Positions 28,703 through 39,598 of a stretch of DNA of 64,000 bases are shown here, piece after piece (within the stretch, counting starts at the first letter, position 1; every line of letters starts with the position of its first letter). The notes beneath the pieces are model-generated. The model ran no database searches, was not told the DNA's origin, and saw only the letters and a list, made by a program, of their open reading frames with translations. A program made the translations under genes and the position numbers. This DNA comes from Thermoanaerobaculia bacterium (lineage in GTDB: Bacteria; Acidobacteriota; Thermoanaerobaculia; UBA5066): the NCBI GenBank assembly GCA_963719225.1, contig CAVRAY010000001.1, positions 160,001-224,000 on the forward strand. Reading direction: 5' to 3'.

Positions 28703-29845
28703 ATGAGCAGTCGTAAGCGCAGCCTTCTGGCAGCGGCTTGTCTCGCGTCGGCTCTGCCGTGCATGTCGGCGAAGAACGAACGCATTGTTGCCATTGCCAG
28801 GGGGAATGGCGTGACGGCCCTCCTGTGGACGCAACTGCCGATGAAGGTCGTGCCCGCGGCGGGTGATAAGACACTCGCGATGTCGATACAGGACATCAGG
28901 TTCGAGCGGTCACTGAATGCGTCCACCGCCCTCGCCCTTGCTATTGCGTACCCGGAGGGCATTTCCCCGGGAAGGGGCATTCTCGGGCCGTCGGACATCG
29001 GCAAAGCCGTGGACGTCATCGCTGCGGGCGCGCTGTCGCAGGTGGTGTCAACGCCTTGGCTCGTGACGATGCGTCTGAAGGTTTCAATCGCGGACTCCCA
29101 CGTGAGCTTCGCGGTTCACAACGGGGAGATCGCGAAGAAAGTCAGGGAAGGTACGGGCCCAGCGGATGCATGGCTGGGCGTCATCGCGGCATCTTCCTAT
29201 GAACTGGGACGCGTGGAGCTCGGGGCGTTGAAAATAAAGGTCTCCGAAAACGTGCAGATTCCGTTGAACCTGCGTCTGGCGTTCGGAGGTGATGGAATCG
29301 CTCTGTCCGGAGCCGTGGCGCCGGAAGTTCCGACGGCCGCGAGCCCGCCCGTCACAAAGGATGGAACGAGCGCGCGCATCGCAGTGACTTTGGATCTGCT
29401 CAATCGGATCAGCCGAGACAAGTACCAGGCGGATGCGATTGACCTCGAAGCCGGAAGTACGAAGGCCCGGTTGAACCAGTTTGTGTTTGCGCGTGCCGAG
29501 GATGGTCTGTCCGTCTCGAGTCGGGTCGCGGGCGCAGCCGCGGGTTGTGAGGTGCGGGTGCGTACCGTGTGGCGCGGCGCTGATTTGAAGCTGTCTCACG
29601 TGCTACTCGAGGACACGCAACCGGCGAAGTCGGGCGAGTGTTCCGCGGAGCGCAACAAGTGGGGTCTGGTCGCGTCGGCGATGGAAAGCGTCTATCGAAA
29701 TTCGCCTTTGCGGCCGACGGGATTGAAGGTCGTGAGCACCAGCATCAAGGGCCGTCCCGTGAAGTTCATCGTCGAGGTGAAAGAGACCTCGTTGAAAGGT
29801 TCCGAAATCGTGTTCGTCGGGGATGTATGGCTTAGTCCAGGATGA
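28703..29845 (+). CDS. hypothetical exported protein
   Basis: 380-aa ORF, GGAG RBS, signal-like N-terminus, codon usage less GC-biased than neighbours. Confidence 0.65.
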   Translation: MSSRKRSLLAAACLASALPCMSAKNERIVAIARGNGVTALLWTQLPMKVVPAAGDKTLAMSIQDIRFERSLNASTALALAIAYPEGISPGRGILGPSDIGKAVDVIAAGALSQVVSTPWLVTMRLKVSIADSHVSFAVHNGEIAKKVREGTGPADAWLGVIAASSYELGRVELGALKIKVSENVQIPLNLRLAFGGDGIALSGAVAPEVPTAASPPVTKDGTSARIAVTLDLLNRISRDKYQADAIDLEAGSTKARLNQFVFARAEDGLSVSSRVAGAAAGCEVRVRTVWRGADLKLSHVLLEDTQPAKSGECSAERNKWGLVASAMESVYRNSPLRPTGLKVVSTSIKGRPVKFIVEVKETSLKGSEIVFVGDVWLSPG

Positions 29846-30501
29846 GTGTAGGATTTCGAGCTGACCGCGAATCCGTTCTCCTCCATTCGAGGAAGATGTG
29901 GGAGGCCGGGCTCGTCGTCGCCTCGGCGGGCAACGTCAGCGCGCGCGTCGCCGGCCACGACGCCATCGCGATCACGCCGACGTGCATCTCCTACGATGTC
30001 ATGACCGCGGAACAGATCGTCGTCGTCAGCCTCGACTCGGGTCTTCCGATCGAATCGAACTTCCGGCCGTCCGGGGAGCTCCCGACGCACCTCGCCGTCT
30101 ATCGCCGTCGTCCGGACGTCGGCGCGGTCGTGCACACGCACGCGCCTTATGTCTCCACATTGTCGGTTCTCCGCAAACCCCTCCCGCCGATCATCGACGA
30201 GATGATCGTCTACTTCGGAGGGACGATCGAAGTCGCCGACTATGCCTTTACGGGTACCGAGGACCTGGGGGCCAACGTGGTCGACGCGCTCGGGGACCGA
30301 GCCGGAGTGCTGCTCTCGAATCACGGCAACTTGTGCGTGGGACGCGACCTGGCCGAGGCGCTCCATGTCGCGCTGACGATGGAATCCACGGCCCGCGTCT
30401 ACGTCGAATCCCTGCGGACGGGCGCCCCCGTCGTTCTCCCCGAAGAAGCGCTGAGGGCGGGACGGGCGATCTACGAGAGGCTGCGAAGGCGTGAGCAATA
30501 G
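29842..30501 (+). CDS. class II aldolase/adducin family (FucA-like)
   Basis: GNVSAR, PSGELPTHL, VVHTH, LLSNHG. Confidence 0.88.
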   Translation: MSVGFRADRESVLLHSRKMWEAGLVVASAGNVSARVAGHDAIAITPTCISYDVMTAEQIVVVSLDSGLPIESNFRPSGELPTHLAVYRRRPDVGAVVHTHAPYVSTLSVLRKPLPPIIDEMIVYFGGTIEVADYAFTGTEDLGANVVDALGDRAGVLLSNHGNLCVGRDLAEALHVALTMESTARVYVESLRTGAPVVLPEEALRAGRAIYERLRRREQ

Positions 30502-30540
30502 CCGACGGTCCGGGGGCGGCTTGATAAGATTTGCCGTTCC

Positions 30541-31164
30541 ATGAGCGAAAAGAAGAACTGGGGCTCAACCGTACTCGGGTGGTTTGTCGTGAAAGAGGAC
30601 GGAGCGCCGGAGGGCGCGCCCCTTCCCGACGATGCCCCGCCGCAGGCGGCTCCCGAGCCACCGGCCTTCGTGAAGGAGCCTCCCGCCGCGCCGGGCGGGC
30701 AGGTGGACTTCCCGAAAGTCTACGAGGCCGCGGGCCTGGACGCCGAGGAGCAGGGCCGGGTGGCGAAGGCGGCCGAGCTCCTGGCGGCGCTGCCGGCCGG
30801 AACCGAGCCGGCGATCAAGAAGCAGATCGTCGAGGCTTCGCTGAAAGCGTTCGGAGTGCCGATCGAGAAGATCATCGAGGGCGCCGTGCAGGAGATCCAG
30901 GCCCTCGAGGCCTACATCCGCGCCGGCTCTCTCGACACGCAGAACGTGCACGAGGAGTCCGAGAAACGCATCCGGCAGTTCGAAGGCGAGATCGCGCGCA
31001 TCAAATCGGTCATGGAGAGCCGCACCCAGGAGCAGCTCGCCGTGGCCGCGGCGTGCAACGAGAGGAAGCTCGGGATCCAGAAGGTCCTCGAGTTCTTCGG
31101 GCAGGAAACGGTCGCGCGCGTCGTCCGTGACTCGCCGAAGCTCGTCGAGCCACAGGGTCAGTGA
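30541..31164 (+). CDS. helical coiled-coil protein, first gene of the PspA operon
   Basis: Typical codon usage; amphipathic N-terminus [10 protein letters not shown], Pro-rich linker, coiled coil. Confidence 0.75.
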   Translation: MSEKKNWGSTVLGWFVVKEDGAPEGAPLPDDAPPQAAPEPPAFVKEPPAAPGGQVDFPKVYEAAGLDAEEQGRVAKAAELLAALPAGTEPAIKKQIVEASLKAFGVPIEKIIEGAVQEIQALEAYIRAGSLDTQNVHEESEKRIRQFEGEIARIKSVMESRTQEQLAVAAACNERKLGIQKVLEFFGQETVARVVRDSPKLVEPQGQ

Positions 31165-31180
31165 AAGGAAAGGACATCAC

Positions 31181-31894
31181 ATGGCGGGAATCGGTTTGTT
31201 CCAGCGTCTCGGCAATCTCTGGCGGGGCTTCCTGTCGATCTGGATCTCGAACGTCGAGAAGGAGCACCCCGAGATCGCGTACGAGAACGCGATCAACTCG
31301 ATGGTGGAGAAGTATGCGAAGCTCAAATCGGCCACGGCGGCGATCATCCGGCGCCGCGAGGACATCGACGAGCGGCTGAAGAAGGTCACGAAGGAGCTCG
31401 CGCAGACGGAGCTCGAGCTGAACGCCGCCGTCGAGACGAACCAGGACGACCTCGCCGTCGTCCTCATCCAGAGGAAGAACTCCCTCACGGCGGACGCGAC
31501 CGAGCTGACGGGCGACCTCGGGACGGCGAGCAAGGACGCCGAGGCGGCCAAGCAGTCTCTCCTCAACGTGCAAGGGGAGATCCGAAAGCTCAAGGCCGAG
31601 CGCGACGTCATGCTCGCGAGGATGCAGTCGGCCCAGGCGCGCCTGAGGATCCAGGAGCAGCTCGACGGCCTTTCGGTGGACGCCGACGTCAAGGCGCTCG
31701 ACAACGTGCGCGAGCACATCAAGAACACCATCGCCGAGGCGAACCTCGGACAGGAGCTCGCGGGGAGCTCGCTCGACGCGCGCCTTGCGGCCCTGAAGAC
31801 GCAGGCGGGTGACGTGCAGGCGCGGCAGCAGCTCGCCGAGCTGAAGGCCAAGAAGGCCGCCCAGCAGGCCGCCCAGCCCCAGAAAACGATGTAA
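31181..31894 (+). CDS. PspA/IM30 family protein
   Basis: [19 protein letters not shown]-terminus, long coiled coil, [16 protein letters not shown] tail; AGGA RBS. Confidence 0.8.
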   Translation: MAGIGLFQRLGNLWRGFLSIWISNVEKEHPEIAYENAINSMVEKYAKLKSATAAIIRRREDIDERLKKVTKELAQTELELNAAVETNQDDLAVVLIQRKNSLTADATELTGDLGTASKDAEAAKQSLLNVQGEIRKLKAERDVMLARMQSAQARLRIQEQLDGLSVDADVKALDNVREHIKNTIAEANLGQELAGSSLDARLAALKTQAGDVQARQQLAELKAKKAAQQAAQPQKTM

Positions 31895-31906
31895 GGAAAG
31901 GTCCTC

Positions 31907-33553
31907 ATGAAGCTCACACCGTTCGCGAAGTTCTTCATCACCGTCGTCATTCTCGGCGTCATCGGATACGCCCTCTGGCACTACAAGAGTCTGGACATCC
32001 GCAAGTGGGCGGGCGCGGACAAGGGCTCGGCGGGTACGACCGCGGCGAAGGTCGGCAGCGGCGTCTCGTCCGACGACTTCAACGCGCTCCGCAACGCTCC
32101 GCCCGACCCCGAGCGCGGAAAAGGCGCGGCGGGCGTGTCGGGCGCGGCCCTCGCCGGGTCCGGACGGCTCAGCCGGCCGCTCGTCGTGGCGATCAACACG
32201 TGGGCCGGGCACGCGCCGGGCATCGTGGCCGCGAACGGCATGTCGAGCGGCCCGAATTCCCGCTACAAGCAGACCTACGCCCTGGACGTTAGGTTCGTCC
32301 TCCTCGAGGACCCGGCCGCCAAGCTCGCGGCATTCCGCAAGGGCGACGTGGACGTCATGTGGAATACCGTGGACAACTGGGCCCGCGAGGCCTCGATCCT
32401 CGCCGAGCAGAACCAGAAGGCGAAGTCCGTTCTGATGCAGGACTGGTCGCGCGGGGGTGACGGCATCGTGTCGCTTTCGACGATCAAGTCCATCGAGGAG
32501 CTCAAGGGCCACAAGATCTCGTGCACGCAGTTCACGCCCTCGCACTTCCTGCTCCTCTATCTCCTCGCGCAGTCGGGCCTCTCCTCCGACGATCGCGCGG
32601 CCCTCGAGAAGAACATCATCTTCACGCAGGACGCGCCGGCGGCCGCCGCCATGTTCAAGGCGAAGCAGGTGGACGCCGCCGTGACGTGGGAGCCCGATCT
32701 TTCCTCGGCGGTGACGGCGCGGGGCGACGAGGCGCACGTGCTCGTCTCCACGACGGCGGCCACGAACATCATCGCCGACACGCTCTGCGCGCGGCAGGAT
32801 CTCATCGACAAGGCTCCCGACACGCTGCGCGACTTCATCCACGGCTGGTTCGACGGCATCGAGATGATCAAATCCGACCCGAACGCGGCGTATGCCGTCG
32901 TCGCCAAGGCGCTGAAGCTCGACGCGGACACCGTGTCGGGGATGCTCTCCGGCCTGAAGCTCACGCCCTATGCCGACAACGCGCAGTTCTACGGCCTCGC
33001 GGGCGGGAAGGCGCACTACGAGACGCTCTTCGACACGGCTTTCGTCATCTGGCGGAAGAAGGGACTCGTGACGAGGCCGGTCGAGGCGAAGGACTGGGCC
33101 GACACACGCTTCTTGTCGGCGCTCGCGGCGAACTACCCGCAACAGAAGGTCGAGGAGCCGAAAATCGCCGCGAAGGCGCCCTCGTCGAAGGACCGCGCCA
33201 TCCTCAACAAGCAGATCCAGATCCACTTCACGCCGGGCTCGGACGAGATCATGCCGGGCTCCAACTTCGTCCTCGACGCTCTCGGCGAGACGATGACGTC
33301 GTTCGGGAACACGTACCTGCGCGTGGAAGGGAACACCGACGCCACGGGCAGCCCGACCTCGAACATGACGCTCTCCGAGCGGCGCGCCCTCGCGGTGAAG
33401 AACTACGTCCTGAAGAACTTCCCGAACATCCCGCCGCAGCGCTTCCAGACGATCGGGCGCGGCTCGACGCAGCCCGTGGCCCCGAACACGACGGAGGCGG
33501 GACGGCAGCTCAACCGGCGCACGGACATCAAGGTCGTGCTCGCGAGTGAGTGA
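31907..33553 (+). CDS. ABC substrate-binding protein (NMT1/SsuA-like) fused to OmpA-like PG-binding domain
   Basis: N-terminal [21 protein letters not shown]; VEGNTD..LSERRA..NRR. Confidence 0.85.
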   Translation: MKLTPFAKFFITVVILGVIGYALWHYKSLDIRKWAGADKGSAGTTAAKVGSGVSSDDFNALRNAPPDPERGKGAAGVSGAALAGSGRLSRPLVVAINTWAGHAPGIVAANGMSSGPNSRYKQTYALDVRFVLLEDPAAKLAAFRKGDVDVMWNTVDNWAREASILAEQNQKAKSVLMQDWSRGGDGIVSLSTIKSIEELKGHKISCTQFTPSHFLLLYLLAQSGLSSDDRAALEKNIIFTQDAPAAAAMFKAKQVDAAVTWEPDLSSAVTARGDEAHVLVSTTAATNIIADTLCARQDLIDKAPDTLRDFIHGWFDGIEMIKSDPNAAYAVVAKALKLDADTVSGMLSGLKLTPYADNAQFYGLAGGKAHYETLFDTAFVIWRKKGLVTRPVEAKDWADTRFLSALAANYPQQKVEEPKIAAKAPSSKDRAILNKQIQIHFTPGSDEIMPGSNFVLDALGETMTSFGNTYLRVEGNTDATGSPTSNMTLSERRALAVKNYVLKNFPNIPPQRFQTIGRGSTQPVAPNTTEAGRQLNRRTDIKVVLASE

Positions 33554-34358
33554 AAAGAAGAGGAAGAGAAGCGAGCTCTTCCAGCTTCGCACCGCGCTGC
33601 CGCGCTCGACGGCGTTCGTTCTCGGGCTCGTCGCGCCGACGCTCGTCCTCGGGGCATGGTGCGCGGCCTCCTACGGGGGCCTCGCGCCGCCCGACTTCCT
33701 GCCTTCTCCGACGGAGGTGGTGAAAGGCACGCTGCAGCTCTTCCTGCAGTACGACCTCGGGGAGGCCATCCTCGTCTCCACGCGCCGCATCCTCCTGGCG
33801 TTCTTCCTGGCCTCGGCGCTGGCGTTGCCGCTCGGCATCCTGATGGGCGCCTTCGAGCCCGTGAACCGGTTTTTCGAACCCGTCGTGGCGCCGCTGAGGT
33901 ACATGCCGATCTCGGCTTTCATCCCGCTCCTGATCCTCTGGTTCGGGATCTACGAGAAGCAGAAAGTCGCGTTCCTGTTCCTCGGGGTCTTCGTCTATCT
34001 CCTGCCGGTCGTCGTGACGGCCATCCGCGCCGTCCCGGACGAGCTCGTGCAGACCGCTCTCACGCTGGGCGCTTCGCGCGTTCAGGTCGTGCGCACGGTG
34101 CTCCTGCCGTCCGCTCTTCCCGAGATCTTCGACTCCTTTCGCGTCATGAACGCCATCTCCTGGACGTACGTCATCCTCGCCGAGGCCGTGAACCCCGAGC
34201 ACGGGTTGGGCTACATGGTGGAGCTCGCGCGCACGCACCAGAAAGCCTCGTGGTCTTTCGCGGGGCTCCTCGTCATCGGCGGCATCGGGCTTCTGACGGA
34301 CTTCATCATCCGCACCGTCTCGAGGATCCTCTTCCGGTGGCGGGAGGTCGCGGCGTGA
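33546..34358 (+). CDS. ABC transporter permease (SsuC/TauC-like)
   Basis: FLPSP, LRYMPISAFIPL, TLGASR EAA-like loop. Confidence 0.88.
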   Translation: MSEKKRKRSELFQLRTALPRSTAFVLGLVAPTLVLGAWCAASYGGLAPPDFLPSPTEVVKGTLQLFLQYDLGEAILVSTRRILLAFFLASALALPLGILMGAFEPVNRFFEPVVAPLRYMPISAFIPLLILWFGIYEKQKVAFLFLGVFVYLLPVVVTAIRAVPDELVQTALTLGASRVQVVRTVLLPSALPEIFDSFRVMNAISWTYVILAEAVNPEHGLGYMVELARTHQKASWSFAGLLVIGGIGLLTDFIIRTVSRILFRWREVAA

Positions 34359-35251
34359 GAGAGGACGACGCGCCGAAGGCGGCGCCCCAGGCGGGCGAGC
34401 CGGGCACCGTCGCCGTCGACGTCGGCCCCGCGGGGGAAAAGAAACCCAGCTACCGCGCCGACCTGAAAGGCGCCGCGCCGAAGCTGCGCGTGAAGGACCT
34501 CTCCGTCACGTACATCAATCGCGACGGCGACGGCACCGAGGCCGTGCGGGATATCTCGTTCGACGTGGAGGACAAGCCCGGGGTGGGCGAGGTGGTCGTG
34601 TTCCTCGGACCCTCGGGCTGCGGCAAGTCCACGATCCTGAAGGCCGTCGCGGGGCTCCTCCCGCCGACGAAAGGGGAGATCCTCGTGGATGGAAGTCCGG
34701 TGGACGGCGTGGGAAAAGACCGCGGCATGGTCTTCCAGGCCTACACGTCGTTCGGGTGGCTGACCGTCCGCGATAACGTGGAGTACGGACTGAAGCTGCA
34801 GGGGCTGTCGGCCGCCGAGCGCCGGGAGAGGTCCGAGAAATATCTCAAGGCCGTGGGCCTCTCGGACTTCGCCGGCCGGTATCCGAAGGACCTTTCGGGA
34901 GGCATGAAACAGCGCGTGGCCATTGCGCGCACGCTCATCAACCGGCCGCGTGTGATCCTGATGGACGAGCCGTTCGGAGCGCTCGACCCGCAGACGCGTT
35001 GGGGGATGCAAGGCCTCCTCCTCGATGTCTCGCGCGCCGAGGACCCGACGATCCTCTTCGTGACGCACGACGTCTCCGAGGCCGTCTACCTCGCGGATAC
35101 CGTGTACATCCTCTCCTCGCGTCCCGCGCGCGTCCTGCACCGCGTGGACGTGCCGTATTTCCCGGTCCGGAACATCGACCTGAAATCGGCGCCCGAGTTC
35201 CGGGCGGTGGAGAAAAAGCTGCTCGACCTCCTGTATACGCAGGCGCCCTAG
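34355..35251 (+). CDS. ABC transporter ATP-binding protein
   Basis: GPSGCGKST, LSGGMKQR, LMDEPFGALD, VTHD; GTG start overlaps the permease stop. Confidence 0.92.
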   Translation: MREDDAPKAAPQAGEPGTVAVDVGPAGEKKPSYRADLKGAAPKLRVKDLSVTYINRDGDGTEAVRDISFDVEDKPGVGEVVVFLGPSGCGKSTILKAVAGLLPPTKGEILVDGSPVDGVGKDRGMVFQAYTSFGWLTVRDNVEYGLKLQGLSAAERRERSEKYLKAVGLSDFAGRYPKDLSGGMKQRVAIARTLINRPRVILMDEPFGALDPQTRWGMQGLLLDVSRAEDPTILFVTHDVSEAVYLADTVYILSSRPARVLHRVDVPYFPVRNIDLKSAPEFRAVEKKLLDLLYTQAP

Positions 35252-35272
35252 GGCGCATCATTGCGTCGACCC

Positions 35273-36184
35273 ATGGGAACCGTCGAGACGCCGAAAACGC
35301 CCATGAAGACCGCGCCGAAGACGGCGCCGGCCGCCGCCCCCACGGTTCGGGACGGCATCAGCGACGCGGCGCGCCAGATCGCTCGCGGAACGGTCCTCGA
35401 CAGGAACCCGTACCTGAAAATGGCCTTCACGAACCCCTACAACCTGTCGCTCTTCGCCGGAGCGCTCGCGGCCGCGGGAATCACGCTGAACCCGATCCTC
35501 GCGGTCGTGGCGCTGGGCCTCGAAGGTCTCTGGCTCCTCCACGCGCCGGACAGCAAGCGGCTCAAGCATCTGCTCTGGGACCCGAGATTCGAGAAGCTCC
35601 GGAGCGCTCTCCAGGCGCAGGAGCGCGCGGCGCGCCTCGGGAACGTCGGAGAGGAGGAGCGCGGGCGCGTGGACACGCTCGTGGCGCGGCAGGAGGAGAT
35701 CCGCCGCCTCGCGGCGCAGAACCCGTCCTTCACGGGCGACCTCCTGAGGGGCGAGCTCGTGAAGACGGATCGCCTCGTGGACGCGTTCGTGGAGATGGCC
35801 GTGACGTGCGCGCGTTACGAGTCCTACCTCGGATCGATCGACACCGACGCCCTGGAAAAGGACCGGCGACGGTACGAGCAGGCGTCCAAGGGCGGTGAGC
35901 CCGCCGACCCGCGGACCACGATCGCGAAGAAGAACCTCTCGATCGTCTCGCGCCGCCTCGAGAAGGTGCAGGAAATCCGAAGCTACCTGAGCGTCGCCCG
36001 CGGCCAGCTCGACCTCATCGAAAACTCGTTCCAGCTCATCGCGGACCAGATCGTCACGATGCAGTCGCCGCAGGAGCTCTCGGGCCAGCTCGACGAGCTC
36101 CTGGACGGCGTGGAAGCCATCCGCCAGACGGCGCAGGACACCGAAAAGATCCTGAGCGGCATCGGCATCGAGCGGGAGATGTGA
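35273..36184 (+). CDS. membrane-anchored coiled-coil protein
   Basis: Two TM segments followed by a long helical domain; start approximate. Confidence 0.75.
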   Translation: MGTVETPKTPMKTAPKTAPAAAPTVRDGISDAARQIARGTVLDRNPYLKMAFTNPYNLSLFAGALAAAGITLNPILAVVALGLEGLWLLHAPDSKRLKHLLWDPRFEKLRSALQAQERAARLGNVGEEERGRVDTLVARQEEIRRLAAQNPSFTGDLLRGELVKTDRLVDAFVEMAVTCARYESYLGSIDTDALEKDRRRYEQASKGGEPADPRTTIAKKNLSIVSRRLEKVQEIRSYLSVARGQLDLIENSFQLIADQIVTMQSPQELSGQLDELLDGVEAIRQTAQDTEKILSGIGIEREM

Positions 36185-36185
36185 C

Positions 36186-37919
36186 GTGCCTGACTCTAAG
36201 GTGTCCAAGACCGTTCTCCCCGAGGCCCGCGTTCTTCCTGCCTGGGCCGAGGATCTCCGCCGCCGGTACCTGAGGAACGAGGCCTCGATGTTCGTCCTGC
36301 ACGGAAACGTGTACGACGTCGTCCTCTTCGGCGGGAAGATGCTCTCGCTGTCGGACTTCCTCACGGGCGTCCTCCTGAAAGACTCGAAGGAAACGGTGCT
36401 CCTCTACAACGTGGCGACGGGAATCCGTTTCACGAAGAAGGGTCCTTTTGCGGAAGCGCTCGACGACCTTTCCACGGTCACGCAGAAGGACCGCGTCCTG
36501 CCGGCGCTGGAAAGGCTCCTCTCGGCGTCCAACAAGACCGCCGTCGTCCTCGAATATGCCGAGGCCCTCGCGCCCACGGGCGATCCCGCGTTTCAGGGCG
36601 ACTCCGACCGCGCGGCGCTCGTGACGCTCCACCGCTGGTCGTTCCTGCCCGAGATCGAGAAGGGCGACAACGTCGTCCTCCTCGTGGCCGAGAACCTGAT
36701 GGACCTTTCGCCGAAGCTCCTCTCGAACCCGAAGGTGGCGGTCGTCGAGGTCCCGATGCCGGACCGGGCCACGCGCCGGGCGGCGGCGAAGCAGGCGGAC
36801 CCGGACCTTCCCGACCGGGACGCGGACAGGTACTCAGACGCCACGGCCGGGCTGAAGTCGATCCAGATCGCGACGCTCATCACGCCCGCCATGAGCGACG
36901 CGGCGCGGGCGGAGGCGGACAAGCTCATCGCGGAGAGAAAACGCGAGATCCTCGAGCGCGAGTGCTTCGGCCTCGTCGAGTTCCTCTCGCCCGAGCACGG
37001 TTTCGAGGTCGTCGGCGGCATGGACGAGGTCAAGAAGGACCTTTTGCTCATCGCCGAGAACATCCGCGAGGGGCGGACGAGCCGCGTGCCGATGGGCATC
37101 CTCTTCACCGGTCCGATGGGCACCGGCAAGACGTTCGTGGCGGAGGCTTTCGCGAAGGAGTGCGGCCTGACCACGATCAAGCTGAAGAACTTCCGCAGCA
37201 AGTGGGTGGGGGCCACGGAGGGCAACCTCGAGAAGATCCTGAACGTCATCAAGGCCATCGGCCAGGTCGTCGTGATCATCGACGAAGGCGACCGCGCGTT
37301 CGGGTCCGGAGAAGGGGAGTCGGACGGCGGGACCTCCTCGCGCGTCATCGCGCGCATCAAGGAGTTCATGTCCGACACCTCGAATCGCGGCCGCATCCTC
37401 TTTCTCGTCATGACGAACCGGCCCGACAAGCTGGACGTGGACCTGAAGCGCGCCGGCCGCCTCGACAAGAAGATCCCGTTCCTCTACTCGCAGTCGCCCG
37501 AGGAGGTCGAGAACGTCGCCCGGGCGCAGGTGAAGAAGAATCACATCAATACCCTGGTGGATTTCGCGAAGCTGAGGGACTCGTTCTCCCGGAAGCTCGT
37601 GGGCTACAGCAACGCGGACGTGGAGGCCGTCATCCTGATGGCGAACGACGACGCCGCCCGGGAGGCGGGAGGCGCGGGGACTCCGAACGGGTCCCCGCGA
37701 GAAAGCGGTGACGCGGAGGTGAAGGCGGAGCACCTCATTCGCGCGGCGCGCGACTACTTCCCGAGCCGCGACGTGGAGCTCCTGGAGTACATGGAGCTGC
37801 TGGCGGTCTTCGAGGCCTCCAGCCGCCGCCTTCTCCCGGCGAAATACGCGAACATGACTCCGGAGGAGCTGGACGCGCGCCTCCGCCTTCTTCGGGCGAC
37901 GGTCGGCAACCGACGATAG
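36186..37919 (+). CDS. classical-clade AAA ATPase with degenerate N-terminal AAA-like domain
   Basis: [13 protein letters not shown] pore loop, [23 protein letters not shown]. Confidence 0.9.
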   Translation: MPDSKVSKTVLPEARVLPAWAEDLRRRYLRNEASMFVLHGNVYDVVLFGGKMLSLSDFLTGVLLKDSKETVLLYNVATGIRFTKKGPFAEALDDLSTVTQKDRVLPALERLLSASNKTAVVLEYAEALAPTGDPAFQGDSDRAALVTLHRWSFLPEIEKGDNVVLLVAENLMDLSPKLLSNPKVAVVEVPMPDRATRRAAAKQADPDLPDRDADRYSDATAGLKSIQIATLITPAMSDAARAEADKLIAERKREILERECFGLVEFLSPEHGFEVVGGMDEVKKDLLLIAENIREGRTSRVPMGILFTGPMGTGKTFVAEAFAKECGLTTIKLKNFRSKWVGATEGNLEKILNVIKAIGQVVVIIDEGDRAFGSGEGESDGGTSSRVIARIKEFMSDTSNRGRILFLVMTNRPDKLDVDLKRAGRLDKKIPFLYSQSPEEVENVARAQVKKNHINTLVDFAKLRDSFSRKLVGYSNADVEAVILMANDDAAREAGGAGTPNGSPRESGDAEVKAEHLIRAARDYFPSRDVELLEYMELLAVFEASSRRLLPAKYANMTPEELDARLRLLRATVGNRR

Positions 37920-37935
37920 GGCCGGACCCCGCGCC

Positions 37936-38754
37936 ATGTGCCTGATCGTGCTCGCGTGGAAAGCGTCGCCGTGGACACGCCTCGCGGTCGCCGCCAACCG
38001 CGACGAGTTCTTCGCGCGCCGTACGGCGCCGGCCGCGTGGTGGAGAGACGCGCCGGACGTTCTCGCGGGACGCGATCTCGAGGCGGGCGGAACGTGGCTG
38101 GGGATCACGCGAGAGGGCCGGTTTGCGGCGCTCACGAATTTCCGGGACATGTCGGCTCCGAAGAAGGACGGCGCGCCCTCGCGCGGGGCGCTCGCCGCCG
38201 ATTTCCTGCGCCGCCGCTCGGCGGCGGCGGACTACGTCGTCGCGATCCAGGCCGGGGCCGGCCGTTACCACGGCTTCAACCTTCTCGTCTCGGACGGAGC
38301 CGAGCTCTGGTCCTTCTCGAACGTGGAGGGAGACCCCGAGCGCCTCCGTCCCGGAATCTGGGGTCTTTCGAATCACCTCCTCGAGACGCCCTGGCCCAAG
38401 GTCACGACCGCCCGCCGGCGTCTCGAGGCGGCGCTCGGCGCGGCTGAGGACGCAGAGGACCTCGAGCATCGTCTGCTGGACCTCCTCGCGGACCGGACGG
38501 TTGCGCCGGACGGCGCCCTTCCCGCGACGGGTCTGCCGCCGGAGTGGGAGAGGGCCCTCTCGGCGGCATTCGTCGAGCTCCCCGGCTACGGGACGCGCGC
38601 CTCGACGGTGCTCGTCGTGGGCAGGGATCGCACGGCGTCGTTCAAGGAGAAGAACTTTGGAGCAGGGGGCGCGCCGCTCGGAGACGTGCGCGAGGTGTTC
38701 GCGCTCGGCGCGACGACGGCGCCTCCCGGAGCGACGCATACTCCTGACCAATGA
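37936..38754 (+). CDS. NRDE/TANGO2 family protein
   Basis: MCLI..ANRDEF, GGTWLG, YGTRAST. Confidence 0.9.
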   Translation: MCLIVLAWKASPWTRLAVAANRDEFFARRTAPAAWWRDAPDVLAGRDLEAGGTWLGITREGRFAALTNFRDMSAPKKDGAPSRGALAADFLRRRSAAADYVVAIQAGAGRYHGFNLLVSDGAELWSFSNVEGDPERLRPGIWGLSNHLLETPWPKVTTARRRLEAALGAAEDAEDLEHRLLDLLADRTVAPDGALPATGLPPEWERALSAAFVELPGYGTRASTVLVVGRDRTASFKEKNFGAGGAPLGDVREVFALGATTAPPGATHTPDQ

Positions 38755-39116
38755 GAAGACTCCCGCTCCTCATCGCCTTCCTTTTCCTCGCGCTGCCGCT
38801 GGCCGCGGCGAAGCGGCCCGCCTCCGAACAGGAGAAGATCGACTGGCTCCTCTCTCAGATCGAAAGCTCGGACGCCGTGTTCGTCCGGAACGGCGCCGAG
38901 TACGACGGCCATAAAGCCGCTTCCCACCTGAAAACGAAGCTCTTCTGGGCGGGGAATCAGGTCCAGACGGCGCGCGCCTTCGTCGTGGGCGTCTGCTCGC
39001 ATTCCGAGGCCTCCGGGAAGCCGTACGAGATCCGGCTCAAGGGCGGAGCGCCGCAGCCGCTCGGGAAATGGCTCTTGGAGCGTCTCGAGGCGTTCGAGAA
39101 ACGCCCCGCGCCCTGA
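38751..39116 (+). CDS. DUF5329 (YfeK-like) exported protein
   Basis: Signal peptide; FVRNG..AASHL..SGKPY. Confidence 0.75.
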   Translation: MRRLPLLIAFLFLALPLAAAKRPASEQEKIDWLLSQIESSDAVFVRNGAEYDGHKAASHLKTKLFWAGNQVQTARAFVVGVCSHSEASGKPYEIRLKGGAPQPLGKWLLERLEAFEKRPAP

Positions 39117-39136
39117 CGCCGGGTCCCGACGTCGGA

Positions 39137-39508
39137 TCAGGGCCCTGGCTTCTCGGGTTGAATCTCGTTGTAGATCACGGCGACGCCCTTGACGGAGCTT
39201 ACGAGCTTGCCGGCCGCGTCGCGGTCCGCCTCGGTCGCGACCCGCCCCGTCAGCGTGACGATGCCGTTCGCGGGGTCGACCTTCACGTTCGAGACCTTAG
39301 AGAAACGAGCGTCACCGGATAGTTTCGCCTGCAGGGCTCTCTTGATCTCGTCGGTGTCGACTCTCTTCTTGACTTCTTCCTTGCTGGTCGCGGGAGGCTG
39401 CGCCGAGCTGCGTCCGGCGGCTCCGAGAACCGCGACGACCGAGAGCGCCGCGGCGAGTAGGACAGAACGTTTTTTCCTCTTGCCGTTGCAATTCCTGCCG
39501 GTGTCCAT
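39137..39508 (-). CDS. BON domain protein
   Basis: Signal-like segment; D..I...L...GIVTLTGRV..VKGV..N. Confidence 0.8.
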   Translation of the reverse strand: MDTGRNCNGKRKKRSVLLAAALSVVAVLGAAGRSSAQPPATSKEEVKKRVDTDEIKRALQAKLSGDARFSKVSNVKVDPANGIVTLTGRVATEADRDAAGKLVSSVKGVAVIYNEIQPEKPGP

Positions 39509-39598
39509 GGAAGACCTCTCGTCCCCGAGCTCGCCCGCCCGGGGTCCTCCCAGGTATTCGCAAAAGGCACGCCAGGGTGTCCGTGAAGAGAAGCCCCG

